The notes: generated by a model not told the origin, from the sequence alone. Numbered from the stretch's first letter, positions 11,201-26,200 are shown. The stretch is 64,000 nt of DNA from Tubiluchus corallicola (GCA_030141605.1 JAQGDQ010000641.1:56338-120337), one strand, 5' to 3'. Numbers and translations are program-made.

Positions 11201-14200
11201 TTGCAGCTGTGCTGTGTTTAAAAAAATAAAATCATTACATTCGAAGCATATGACACAGTCTCTAGGCATATTAAAAATTACCTGCTGGTTTTCTATCAAA
11301 GCCTTTTTCCTCACTGATCTCCTTGCCTAAATATCTTACCCATTTTCTAACCGATAACTACTACAGTTCAACGTGAAACATATACGTCGTAAATTAAAAC
11401 CAATTATGATATTAGTAACAGATTGCCGACCACAGAAAAATTTGTTTCTATCTTACCTCATGAGCTCAAAAGATGTCAGTAGGGAGGGAGAAAATTTTTT
11501 TGTGAATGTTTAAAGTTGAATCGTGGAATATTTAAAATCAGTCGAAATCAAAGTTCGTTTATTTCTCACTGGTTAGCAGTTTCACCTTGTAGTTACGGTC
11601 GCATAAATGCAAAAAGATATGTGATTGATACGTATATATATATAAAGTGTTTGCTAGTATATATATAGTTATAAAGGTAGTGGATATATTTGGTATTAAT
11701 CTTAATCACCAACATATTCAGTCTTGGAAAGTACCTACAATGCATTGCAAAATTATTTTACTTTACTATGCAGGTGACTGTGAATTTAAATTAGTTTAAA
11801 TTGGATGTTTTATTAATCCTGCCAGTGCGATTAGCTTTTTACTCTCCAATAAACTGCAGTAAAGCACGAAGTTGAAATTTTGATACTAATTCAAGTTAAA
11901 TTATCCTCGTATTTTTGCGATGTTTGAACATTCTTTTATTAAAACTTGTTAAGAACAAGTCAGATATTCAATCATTGCATCAGCCTTCTGAAATCGTCTA
12001 TTTTTGACTAGGGTTCGTTGGTTGCTGACGAGTCGTTAATAGAAGTGCTAGCAAACGCAATGCAAACAGCAAGGGAAGTGAATGATACGTATCTTTTCGT
12101 TAAATGGGACGGAAATTTCCCCGAAGCCCGATTCGTATTCTCAATTTTTTGTATAGCAGGGTTTTCGTAAGTCGAGGTTCCACTTTACCTCCCATGAAAT
12201 AACTCAACTACTACCACTGTAACATACCTTCCAGGAAATAACTCAACTACTACCACTGTAACATACCTTCCAGGAAATAACTCAACTACTACCACTGTAA
12301 CATACCTTCCAGGAAATAACTAAACTACTACCACTGTTACATACCTTCCAGGAAATAACTCAACTACTACCACTGTAACATACCTTCCAGGAAATAACTC
12401 AACTACTACCACTGTAACATACCTTCCAGGAAATAACTCAACTACTACCACTGTAACATACCTTCCAGGAAATAACTCAACTACTAATACTGTAACATAC
12501 CTTCCAGGAAATAACTCACCTACTAGCACTGTAACATACCTTCCAGGAAATAACTCAACTACTACCACTGTAACATACCTTCCAGGAAATAACTCAACTA
12601 CTACCACTGTAACATACCTTCCAGGAAATAACTCAACTACTACCACTGTAACATACCTTCCAGGAAATAACTCAACTACTACCACTGTAACATACCTTCC
12701 AGGAAATAACTCAACTACTACCACTGTAACATACCTTCCAGGAAATAACTCAACTACTACCACTGTAACATACCTGCCAGAATGTCGCATTTCTAACTGT
12801 CGCAACGACGACGAGAAGTTGTCATGGGAATTTTTTAAGCGCTCCTTAAACTGAGTGCAAATGCTCTTGCCTAGCCGTGATTCGCTGAGTTTACTGATGA
12901 TGTCACTAGCCACCGTCTCTTTCCACTGGCTGTCGATTTTAGGGGGCGTGGTCCAAGGCATGGAGTGCATCAACTGTAGTTTTAAATTACCAAATTTAGC
13001 GGTTAGGTTTTTGCTAATTTATGGAAAAATCATCCTGCTTTCTGAAATAATTAGATACCAAATTTGAAATAATTATGTAAGCTATTAGGCTAGCAAAAAT
13101 GTACTTCAATTTTTACCTGTTTTATTCGTTCCAGTAAAATCTGTATAAAAGAATTGGTATTTTTCACTGTGACTTCAACTTGATATGCTGCATTGAGAAT
13201 CTGAAAAATGTAAATAGCATTGTTTACGTCAATCAATTACCGTATTTTCCCATGTATAAGAGACCCCTTCAATTTTTAGGCAAAAATTCTGGAAAAAAGT
13301 TTTTTGGTAATGAATAACTTTATTCATCATAGAAATCATTAAATTCCTCATCACTCTCATCAAAAATATCAACTGGAGTCAGACCTTCAGCAATTCCAGC
13401 CAGTTCATCATCAGAGGAGTCACTGTGCTCAAAAATGGCATTGTCCTCTGTGCCGTCCATGGCATTGGAGATGCCACACTTCTTGAAAGATTTAATAATG
13501 ACCTCTGGCTTTACACCATTCCATTCTGGACTTACTCCCATGTATAAGAGACCCCCTATTTTTAAAGTGAAAATTCTTAGCAAAAAAGGGTCTCTTATAC
13601 ATGGGAAAATACGGTAAGTCATAAATCATTTATTTCGTGGCACGGACTTCAGCTGGATACACTCAATTATTCGCCCGGGCTGCACTTTCATTAGGTTGAC
13701 AAATCTCTTCGCACAAATTCTCTCGGCGGGCAGCTAGTAGCCCACGGGCCGCAATTTGCACACCCCTGTACTAAGCAGACATAATGAAACTAATCAGCAT
13801 CCCCTAGCTAGGACGTTCTACCTGTTGAAGAGCACCACTTGCTGTTGGAGATTCTTCTAAATCATTCTCACCTCCCTCCAAGCTTGATAAGCACCTCGTC
13901 AATGTACCTTGAGAAACAAAATACAAGTGATATTACTTAGAATCAAACCAGAATCATTAATATTGTTGCAGAGGCAGCCAAGAGGTTCAGGGTTCAAATC
14001 TGGATCAAACCATGTTGCGGATGAGAAAATAGAAGTGAAATATAAAAAAAATCAAACGGAAAATTAAGACGAATCTCTTCCTGCCTTCCTCATGCTGACC
14101 ATGACTACAGAACAGGTGCTTAAAGTGATAAACCCACCTGTCCGACTGAACAGGTATTACTACGCATTTATACCTGGTATTCAATGTCACTATGCAATGA

Positions 14201-17200
14201 CTTCATAGTGAATCGAACCATCACAATATACAGTCAACACTCATTAAACCGGGCTAATTGGGGGGGGGGGGTCCGGTTTAGCCGATTGTCCAATTTATCC
14301 GATATGCCTATATATGGTCTATATTATACAGGAATAATCACCGTAATAAGGCCTACATACATTGCACTATATTATATACTGTATATTACTTTAAAATAGT
14401 TAACCTGTGAGGATAAAGAAATTATTGTACAGTTGGTAGGCCGTGTTGTGTTTAGCGCTCCGGCTCGGACGGAAATCGGTCAGTTTCCTTTACCACAGAT
14501 GACGTCCATCTTATCCGATATCCGGGCTAACGGGGTCCGGTTTAACGAGGGTCGACTGTAGCGAGGGGTGGAAAATAAATGGCATTTCGCCCCCACGTAA
14601 CAATGCTTTGAATATTTGAATAGTTCTCTGGATTGCACTGTTGCTTTTTCCAGTAATTATCATTCAGTCTAAGATTATGTAAAAGTTATAAAATGAGGCC
14701 AAATGTTGAATTTGAACTGCATAAAAATCTATTGGTTATTTAACGTGTGCATTGTTTCAACGTCACAATGATTAAAACAAGATGCCTAGATTTGCAAAAA
14801 TCTCTATGTAAATATTAACACTATGAGGCCAAATGCTGAATTTGAATGACGTGAAAATATAATCAAGACATGCCTATATGATGTTCTGATGTCTATATGT
14901 GCTGTTGACTTGCTCGGTTTAATGAATTTTAATATTTTAAGGTAGCAAAACATAGAATCTATCTACTTTTTTATGTTTCCTCAATAAGGTAAATAGTTGA
15001 ATGCAGTATGAAAGTTAAAACCGTCCAGAAGTAGACCGGTAGTAAACACGGCGGTCAGTCATCCATTTACTGTCAAAACTAGGGGCTGTTTAACTGCGGT
15101 CGCCGAGTACTTTTCATTGCCAATCCGCTAATATCTTGGCATAAATATACGGAAGCATACATATTAGTTACCCGAACCAGCAAAAGAGGTTTAGCACAGT
15201 AGGGGGTGCACATTCCATTGATTCTTAGCATTACGTGTTTCAAACACTTAATTTCGCATATTTGTGTCGGGGAGAAAACTCAATGGAAAGGTATATTGAT
15301 TATTCACTGAAGCAGCAACGTAAAATTGATTTATACAATGGCTGGTAAGCCAGCAAATGTTACAAATGTGCACCTGATTTGATAGTAAATCAATGAATGA
15401 ATGAATACAAGAAATAAATTAAGCTTAGAGGAAAGACCAAACGATTGTTTAGACTCAATCTCATTTTAATTTGCTGTCCAAAATATAGATTTTCTTACTT
15501 ATAAAGTTAGGAATTGTTCCTTATATTTGAATAACTAGCTTAGAAAGTTAATTAACGGCAGCAGAACACAGCTAGTGCTTACGTCACAAACTAACCACAG
15601 TTTGTGCAATGGCAGGCATGTTCCCTTGTGCATCAAGCACGTTTGCATAAGTGTTACTGTCTAAACGCATGATGTCACAAAAATGGGCTCTACATCATAT
15701 GATGACATGAAACTAACACTGCAGTTCATGATCATGGTTATCACGGTACCACCTTCTATTTATCGGCCACGCGAATGTGACAAAAAGGCGCCGTTGCCAA
15801 TCTTAGTAGATTCACTGAGCCGTGCATAGCTTTGAAAGTTTAACATAATTTTAATATCCGAGGTAATTATTATTTAATCTAAGCTTTGATATAAAATACG
15901 CTATTGTAGTTTTCAACATTTTGAGCATTCTTTATTCTAGACTCGTGTTTACACAATCATCCGGTTTTCCTTTAAGAACACAAACATTAACAAAGGATTT
16001 TCTAATAGCAATGAAAAAAGTGACATCTAGTCACCCATCTAGTCACCTACCCGTATAATTCTCTCTCATAGCATTTACATAGTTGCAACGAAACAAGTCA
16101 CATCTAGTCACCTATCTAGTCACCTACCCGTATAATTCTCTCTCATAGCATTTACATAGTTGCAACGAAACAAGTCACATCTAGTCACCTATCTAGTCAC
16201 CTACCCGTATAATTCTCTCTCATAGCATTTACATAGTTGCAACGAAACAAGTGACAACTAGTCACCTATCTAGTCACCTACCCGTAAAACTCTCTCTCAC
16301 AGCATTTACATAGCTGCAACAAAACAAGTGACATCTAGTCACCTATCTAGTCACCTACCCGTAAAACTCTCTCTCATAGCATTTACATAGCTGCAACGAA
16401 ACAAGTGACATCTAGTCACCTATCTAGTCACCTACCCGTAAAACTCTCTCTCACAGCATTTACATAGCTGCAACAAAACAAGTGACATCTAGTCACCTAT
16501 CTAGTCACCTACCCGTAAAACTCTCTCTCATAGCATTTACATAGCTGCAACGAAACAAGTGACATCTAGTCACCTATCTAGTCACCTACCCGTATAACTC
16601 TCTCTCACAGCATTTACATAGTTGCAACGAAACAAGTGACATCTAGTCACCTATCTAGTCACCTACCCGTATAACTCTCTCTCATAGCATTTACATAGTT
16701 GCAACGAAACAAGTGACATCTAGTCACCTATCTAGTCACCTACCCGTATAACTCTCTCTCACAGCATTTACATAGTTGCAACGAAACAAGTGACATCTAG
16801 TCACCCATCTAGTCACCTACCCGTAAAACTCTCTCTCACAGCATTTACATAGTTGCAACGAAACAAGTGACATCTAGTCACCCATCTAGTCACCTACCCG
16901 TATAACTCTCTCTCAGATATTCCACTGATCCCGTGATCTGACCAGCAATTGCTTGATTAAGACGTTGCAGGATCAAATCTTGTATTTCACACGTGCAGAT
17001 CTGAAGCTCCCGCAGAGTCTCGATTTCACCGTTCTCTGCAACGGCGACACCTGCGGGAGAAAAAATACAACTAAGGGACAGACAAATGAAGAAACATACG
17101 AGCAGGTAGGCAGGTAGAGGTGTAAATAACTGAGGAGTCACGTGCTTCGTGATTAAAAAGGTTCAGTACTTGTTTCACACACCATATTGATTTATCTCGC

Positions 17201-20200
17201 CAAGAGAGGATGTATATACATGCAAAACATGGCTGTGGTATTTCTGCTGGTTCAGTGGCTCATTCTAGAGGCAAAGCCTTGATAACCAGCCAGGTTCCAG
17301 TACGTACAGCAACAACGTAGGACTCCGCTTGTACCAAGTTGCGTAAAAAGTAGATACACACATAAAAAGACGGGTAGTCAACAACACATGTATACAAACA
17401 TAGGTGAGTAGATGGTGAATATGTCATTAGGAGCACGTTTACTACTTACTACACAAATTGCTTCTGCCTGATCAGACAGTCAGAAATGTGCACTGTTAGA
17501 TCGTCTTAAATCTCTTACCGAATAGTAAAGTCTCGTTTTTGACAAAGGAAGATTTTAATGTCAAAGGCTGAGCGAAACTAACAATTATTATTACAAGGTT
17601 AAACGTATATACAATGAGATGAAAATAACAGTTAACACTTCTAAGCTAAACGAGTTTGCGACACGGATTATGACAGGCTAAGACCAGGGATGAGAATGAC
17701 AAATTGCAAAGAACTCTGAAACAGGCCGGGGGGTTGGGAGCTGCGTAGGCCCCCATGGGGGTTCAAAGGGGGCGAAGTCCCTTGCAGCCAGCAACAAATT
17801 GCAATTTTTTGACCATAGAGAGCCTCTAAGTGGACTTCAAATATCAGTTACCTTGTTTCATGCATAATTTAAAATACACAACTATCAAGGATACATGATA
17901 TCTAATTTTCTCAAAAACGCCTAAGTATTGGCCGCTCCTATGCAAAAGTATATAAAAACTGTCTGCAATTGACTCAAATAACTCCGCACAATTGATTCTA
18001 TATTTTTATACATAGAGATATACACGTGGTTACACTGATGTACATGATGTAAACAAAGTGACGGCCTGCCAACTAGCGGTCAGCTTGTGAAATAATGTAC
18101 TGGGTCCGTAAAAATTTTCTCAACGAATTTACGCGATTTAGAAAAATGGCACTACTGGTCTTCCAAAAACTCGGAATTCCGCGTATCCGAGGGAAAATTG
18201 TCATCCCTGTAAGACGGACGACTCAACGAACCTTAGATTCCCCCGACTTCCGTTTTTATATCCAAAATAAAGATATGTTACCGAAACGAAAATATCGCGA
18301 CCTTTTTATCGCTGAATCAAATGACAAACTGCATATTATAAACTATATTAGAGCAGCAAGCCTCCTTACCTTCGAATTCATAATTCCTTGCCTCGTCTAG
18401 CAACTTCTCCCGCATCTCAGTTATAGTCGTTGCTATGACGACGCGTATCTCCTCCTGCTTCTGCGTCGCGATGGCCATCAACGACTGATAGAGATCTAGC
18501 TCCTTCTGTCTGGCATACTCGATCCGCTTCGGCGTAATCAGCATGTCTCGGGCCATGTCGAAAGCCGTCAAGATGAACATCTTCAGACATCTGGTGTGGG
18601 CCGTCTTGAGGATGGTGGCCGCCTGCACTAGGTGGCTCTGTAGCACCCGATGAACGAAGAAAATCACGCTGCTGTGGAACTGCTCGAAGTTCTCGACGAA
18701 CTCGCATTCGACGGCGACGTCGGTGGCGCCGAGGTGCAACTGCAACTGGCCGTCGTTTGGCACCAGACTGAGATATCCTGCCTCGCATAGTTGTTCGAAT
18801 AGCCTGAAACAGATCACATTTCAATTCAATTCAAAACGTGCATTTATTTCCATATTCATGATATAACCGAGGCAAGTAAATGTATTTATTTATCACAATG
18901 GAAATAGGATGGCGAAAGACCAAGAAGGTCAACTGGTCAAGCCATCCTTCAATGGATGTATGTGATTATTGGGATGACACTGTAACTATTTCACTCATGA
19001 ATAGTAGTGAAATTACATTATTACTATTTTACTTAGCAACTTGATCTGTTTAAAATTCACTAATCAACTTTAAATAACTGAAGGATGAAAATGCAATCAA
19101 AAATATCTAAACATACAGGAAAATGATGAAATAGGATGGTGAAAGACCAAGAAGGTCAACTAGTCAAGCCATCCTTCATTGGATGAATGTAATATAAACG
19201 TTATGGTTAAGAAAATAATCAGTCTGAAGCTCGATGTAGATAACAGCTGTTGTCGTCATCATTAACATCGCCGTGAGGCACCATTGTATTTACAATAATG
19301 TAGTAAAGTGGTAAAATGAAGAAACAACAGAAAAATGATTCAGTACGCTAATTGGAGTAAGGAATCTAGGCATTTTTATATATCTAATCTTGACACATTA
19401 GGAGGACAGATGCTTGACCAGTTGCTCAGCGCCTGGGCCTTCACCCAGTACATGACCAATTAAGGCTGAGTAGACCTAGAAAGGAGGCCAGAGATTCCTG
19501 TTAGAGTGGAATGTGGCTCGAAAAATGCCGACATTAATGGGATTCGAACCCATAACCCCTGGATCGGCATTACGTTACCCCTGAATCACATTTATAAAAA
19601 AACATTGGAAAAGAAAATGCTTCAACTAGTTGGAAAGTTTCTGCAACTTTCATACGGAATTATCCCACGTGTAGTTTATTCATTTCTTTATTCACTCAAT
19701 GGAAACCCTTGCACAAGATCGCTCAGCATGGTGGAGTGCCATCACCACAGGGCCTATGATAGCAGAGGCGAAAAGAATTGAGGAGGCAGAGGAGAAGCGC
19801 AGGAGACACTGCCCAACAACAGGTCAAAACATCCAGCCTCACCTGTGCCAAATGCCAAAGAAGTTTCCAGGCCAGAAGTCAGTCACCTTCGAGCTCATCA
19901 AAGGAATGACAAACCCCCAAACTGACCTTTTATCCCTGTCACTATGGTCATCTTCGATGCGAAGGACGAACATCATCAATCAATCAGTTTATTTATTTAC
20001 TTGGTATAATTCATTGGAAAATATTTGATTGAAACATTTTTAGTTGTGTAACACATGGCTTCACTCACATACTTTAGAAACGACACTGACGAATATACAA
20101 GCAATGCATTCGCGTGCTTTTTGAATACGATGCCACCAAGGCAGGGATGAGAATGACAAATTGCAAAAAACTCTGAGACAGGTTGGAGGTTTGGGGTCCG

Positions 20201-23200
20201 CGCAGACCGCCATGGGGGTTCAAGGGGGCGAGCCCCTTGCAGCCAGCAACAAATTGCAATTTTGTGACCATAGAGAGCCTCTAAGTGGACTTAAAATATC
20301 AATTACCTTGTTTCATGCATAATTTAAAATATCCAACTATCAAGGATACATGATACCTAATTATCTCAAAACCGCCTAAGTACTGGCCGCTCCTATGCAA
20401 AAGTATATAAAAACTGTATGCAATTGACTGAAATAACTCCGCACAGTTGATTCTATATTTTTACACATAGAGATAAACAAGTAGTTACACTGATGTACGT
20501 GATATAAACAAAGTGACGGCCTGCCAACTAGCGGTCAGCTTGTGAAATAATGTACTGGGTCCGTAAAAATTTTCTCAACGAATTTATGCGATTTACAAAA
20601 ATGGCACTACTGGTCTTCCAAAAACTCGGAATTCCGCGTATCCGTGGAAAATTCTCATTCATGAATTAGGACAACATACAAGCAATGCATTCGCATGCTT
20701 TTTGAACAAGATGCCACCAAGGGCCATGGCCTCACAGTATCTGTAACCCAGGAGCCCACAAAACCAAAATCCGGCCCTGACGCCACCGGACGAGCTAGAT
20801 CAGCATCCCGCAGTTTGTGTTCACGTAAAGTTAAGAATAACGTTAAATTTATAATAAATACTTGGAATTAAGGTGAAACTGTACATAGAGATTTCACATT
20901 TGTTTCAAAAAATTTCTGGTTTAGTCTTTGATGTTTACAAAGACCTAGCGAGGTCGCCGAAAAACGCCGATCAACCCAGATATTACACGGGGAAAAAAGC
21001 ACTAAAAACAATAAGCGAAAATTTATATATAAAACAGCAAAATTCAACAACACTCGTCATCATTTGGATCACATCTTCTAATGACGAATTAACTCTTGCT
21101 TTGCTTCTCATTTTAGTATTGTTAGAACCTCGTCAGACATCATCAACAAAATCACTGACACCGTTGCTACACTCTCCATCATAAAACACTAAAAATTATT
21201 TATCGATAACAACATGCGGACAAAATTTTGCACAAACAATATCGTGCGTTACTTTTTACCATTAGTAGGTGCTGAAAACAAGTTGCTAGGTACCAAAAAA
21301 TTGTACAAAAACGGAAAGACGGTATTTGAAAAGTAATTTTTCGATATCCTATCTACATCAAAAATTAGAATTTTAACAGTAAAACTACAGGCACTACTCT
21401 AGGTCAGTTTTAATATAAGCAAAGCAGTTAATAAGAATGCAAAATTTTTTGCAACTATCTCATTAATAGATAACTGTGAATCATAATAATTGTAATTAAT
21501 GCATTAGAACACGGGTGTGCAAATTGCGGCCCGCGGGCCACTTGCGGCCTGCCGAGAGAATTTGTGCGGCCAGCAAAGAGATTTGTCAACCTGATGATAG
21601 TGCGGCCCGGGCGATTAATTGAGTGTATCCAGCTGAAGTCCGTGCCACGATCCCAAAGATAGTGCGGGTAGTTTTTTCTACTAGATCAGATGCCATTAGC
21701 CCCTACAAGACGGTTGTAGCTTAATGTCACTGTACTACACAGACTGTGTGATACACATTACTAATATGCATTGTAATGAAATTACCACTATCTGTCCTGA
21801 AAGTAGAAATATATATGGTTTGTAATATAAATTTTAATAACTTCTAAAATAGTTTCTTGAGTGTAGTAGTAATGATGTACGCAGGTCGGATGCAAAAAAT
21901 TGTTATTAGGCCTTTCTGTACTTTGCTCCTTGATCAAACTGCCTGTGGCCCGCAGGAATTGTGGGAAAGTTTAATGTGGCCTGCCTAGTCAGATAATTTG
22001 CACACCCCTGCATTAGAATGAAGAAATAAACGTAAATAAACACAAACAAATAAAAATCAGCAAATAAGTAAGCAAAATTCTAAACAAAGCTGTTCGGAAA
22101 CAGTTGACTACGGCTACACCGGTGAAGAAGCAAGCGCTACACAGCCTTGTGCGAAAACTCAAAAACCAGAAAGCCAAAAAAAATCAAGATGAGTTGTGCA
22201 TGCAGCAGCGAGAATCAAACCTTGATTTGTGCCGATGGCTGGCCTTTCGGTGGGCGGTCGTAAATGATGGTTTGGACTTATTCCGAGGTTTAGCGTCAGA
22301 TTTTGAAGGCGACCGACGCCTCTGACAGTGTGAGCAGAGCTGATGCGGGCTTAACCTACAGCAGATTAAACATACATTTAGCTAATAGGTAAACACAGTC
22401 GCAGGTTATCACACATAATTATTTGCACAACTGAGACAGAAGTTCATACACCTCACTGTCGCATATGTATAAAGGGTCTTGCACGCGTTCAGCGGCATCA
22501 TGATAGCCCAACGGCCAAATAATTGCAGGAGCCACTGAAAAATTGCGAACCAACCAGAATTTCAAACCAGAAACTTGTGCTTTGATGGCTGAGCTACTGG
22601 GACAACTTACCAGAGTTAGACTGAATTCTCATCATAACCGTTCACAATCAATAAGATCCAGATGTCTGATACAGATGTACATATTGAATGCTTTTAACAG
22701 TCGGAGCCTTTCTGTAGGGCATCCGATACAAACATTAAGAGACCTGTCATACTTACAACAAACAGCAAAATAGCCAATTAGCTGAAGAAGGAGGCACTGA
22801 AAAATTTCGACCAAATTAGGACTTGAACCTGGTAGCTTGTGCAGCGGTTCACAAACACAGGGTTCCCACGGAATTTTAAAATAAATTTCCCTGACTTTTC
22901 CACGACCAAGATAAGCAGAAATTGCTTTAAAGGTATACATATTCAAACATTTTTGTGTACGGACATTCATACATATACTGATATATAATGTGTCAGCCAA
23001 TCATTATTTTTGGAACAGAAATTGAAACTGGGAGCCTGTCGTAGCAAAATTTTATTTGAACACGAATCGCTGAAAAATATGTTTGGAAAAATAACGGCTC
23101 GCGGAGATTATTTTTGCACCCTATTTTCATCATTTTCCCTGACTTTTTACCAAATTATCTTTTTCCCTGACCTTTCCATGACTTTCCAGGATAGCCTGTA

Positions 23201-26200
23201 TTTTCAAGGATTTTCCCTGACCGTGTGAACCCCTATCCGTGGAAAATTCTCGTCCCTGGAAGCGGCCATGCCATTTGAGAAAACAAACAAGAGATACAGA
23301 ACGAAGCTGCTTGACGGAAAAGAACTCCAAAATGGAGTGGAAATGATGCACAGCATCCTTGCGGATAATTAAAATCTAGTAATTCGTTTGTTAGAGCTTA
23401 ATTAGAACGGCATTACCGACAGAACAGCGGTCATGATTTCGTTGTTCATTTGAGGCTGAGGTTATCCCACGCTGAAACCAAAATTGACCAACAGCGGTCA
23501 GTTGCAACCAGAACCAGAGGAAAGCCATAATAGAAGGAAAACATCCAAAGAATAGGGGTGAGCATCGAACGCTCGAATTCGATTCGAACGAGTTTTTTTA
23601 GTTCGAACTCGATTCGAATGCAATACTATAGATTCAGCACTTCAATCACACATGTTCCTGATCACTAAAACGATTGAAACATCATGCAATTACGTTCAAT
23701 CTCAATTCGAATTCGGTTCGAATTCGAAACACTGAAGTTCGGTTCGATTCGAATTCGACAGTCACAAATTCGGTTCGATTCGAATTCGCTTTCTGGTAGA
23801 GAATGCTCACCCCTACCAAAGAAATGAAAGAACGCAAGTTTGCAGAGGCTAATAATTGCTAAACGCTCATGCAACTGCTCAACGGATTTCAACAAAATAC
23901 GGTTTACCTTAAAGACGTCTTTACAGACTTCTGATGATGCTGACGGCGGCCGGTCCTAAACCGCGGCATGCGCATCGACTGAGACTGAGACGACATGTGC
24001 TGGTCAGATTCCGTCAAGTCCGAAGGACCGCTGCACACGAACAAGATCGGCAGTCCGGGTGCTACGTGCTGGAGATCCCTCAATTGTTCAAGATCCTAAA
24101 AGTAAAAAATTAAAACAAAAAGTAAATTGGGTTTGTTTTGAAGTGTTTGTGTTTTGTTAGTGTTTGTTTTGAAGTATGATACCACACACGATGGTCAATA
24201 AGATGCTACTTAAATTACGAAAATGAAAAAAAGCCCAAAGAGGGGGGGGTGTAGCCGGTACGCTGCTCCCTGGCCCATGAAGTCCCGGGACCCATAAATA
24301 TTACAGTTTGTACGTCGGCATGACCAGTATTCGTGTCGATCCGAATGCATTTTTAATAGTTGCGTTCTGCTGTGATTAGCGTCTTTTTGTATACTGTCTT
24401 TCTGAGAAGGGTGGTTGATTCGATAACCTTTGGTTTTTCACCACCCTTTCTCCCATGTTCGTTTGTATTTTTGTATATTTTATTGTAAAATTATTGTAAA
24501 TTTATGGAGAAAAATAAAAAAAAATTACTCTTACCTTAGCAAATCTCAAGGTTAAGTTAACCTTCTCTATTTGACAAATTCATAATGTCCACAGAACATC
24601 CAACAGTACATAAATTTACACTTTTCTGAATCATTTACGTTTACAACACCCTGATTAGGGTTAACACTTTCATACCCGTTGTATCCCGTGGGATACAAAA
24701 ATATTTTTTGCCTTTAAAAATAGTAAAATTTTAAAACTGACAGTTATTTGGTCTGTTAATAGTTATTTTGATTTAAGCCAATAACAATAGACTAAAAATA
24801 GTGATAAAATGGCAAACTAGAAAAACTACGTAGCATAAAGAACTGCGCAAGGTACAGTACTTTAGAGACGACTTTGTACAGATCAGCATAGCATGCATAC
24901 TAAATGTCTCAAATACTTTAAAAAATTATCAGCAGTTGCAAAATGAAGCATATTTTATGCTTCCATTGAATCCCAATGTATCCCGTGGGATACAGGCTAT
25001 ATTTAGCATGCGGGCACAGGTAGAAAAAATAATTATGTGTAAACAAGATAGACATACTGAACAAAAGTACCAGGCCAGAAAATTTTTTCTTATTACGAAA
25101 TAATTTGGGACTTAAAGGGTTAAATGGCTGTTGACACTGCCAGAAATTGGTGTATGAAACAGGTCCACATGTGTAAACCTAATCTGTTAGCTACGCAAGT
25201 TTGCCGACATGTTTGTTCAAGGATTTGCTATGATTGTTGAAGCTTGTTCTGCCAATATGTAAATATATTCCCCATACAGTAACCTTTATCATGTAGAATC
25301 TAGACCACAAATATTACAGTGGTAGGTATTAAAGAATGTGCACCCAATCAGTAACACACTAGGCATTATATAGAGTACACTCATCATACGCCCGTCACAT
25401 CTATTGTAGACATTGGGCAGGCAGAATTCTAAAATAAAAGAAATCTGCCTTCAGACAGGTAAACGCAGCAGTAATCCAGCAAAAAACTAGACACTGCTAC
25501 GCCAGTGGCTTGTCAGCACCACTTCCGTTTTACAATCTTCAACAATTCATTGTCATCATCATCATCATCATCATCATCATACGCCCGTCACATCTATTGT
25601 AGACATTGGGCAGGCAGAATTCTAAAATAAAAGAAATCTGCCTTCAGACAGGTAAACGCATCAGTAATCCAGCAAAAAAACTAGACACTGCTACGCCAGT
25701 GGCCTGTCAGCACCACTTCCGAAGAGTACACTGTACAAAAGCAAACCCTACTACGTATATAAACAAAAACAGTACTAGACAACATTTGTGTAATTTAGAA
25801 TTGGTCTGTATAATTAAATCTGCTTGTTAAATATTAATGGCTGTCCGTGTTCATATAAAACTTGGAATGTTCAGCTCCTGAGTTTTTTAAATCCTTGGTA
25901 TATTTGCAATTCAATTCAATAGATTTATTTCACAATAAACATATACATATGCATTACGTGTGCATCGATAATCAGTTTTTATTAAAGCAAAATTATGATA
26001 CAATTCATGAATTCTGTGCTAGAGACCTAAGAAGCTAGCTTATGGTAGTCCGCTAGAATTAGTAATGAGAAAAATTTTACAATATATTGCTAATGGTTAG
26101 TGTGAGTTACAGTGGGCGTTAGTAGTGTTAATTTTCATAATTACGATGTAAACTGATGGTCGGTACAGAGAAATGATAAATGCTTTAACACATTAGCTAA

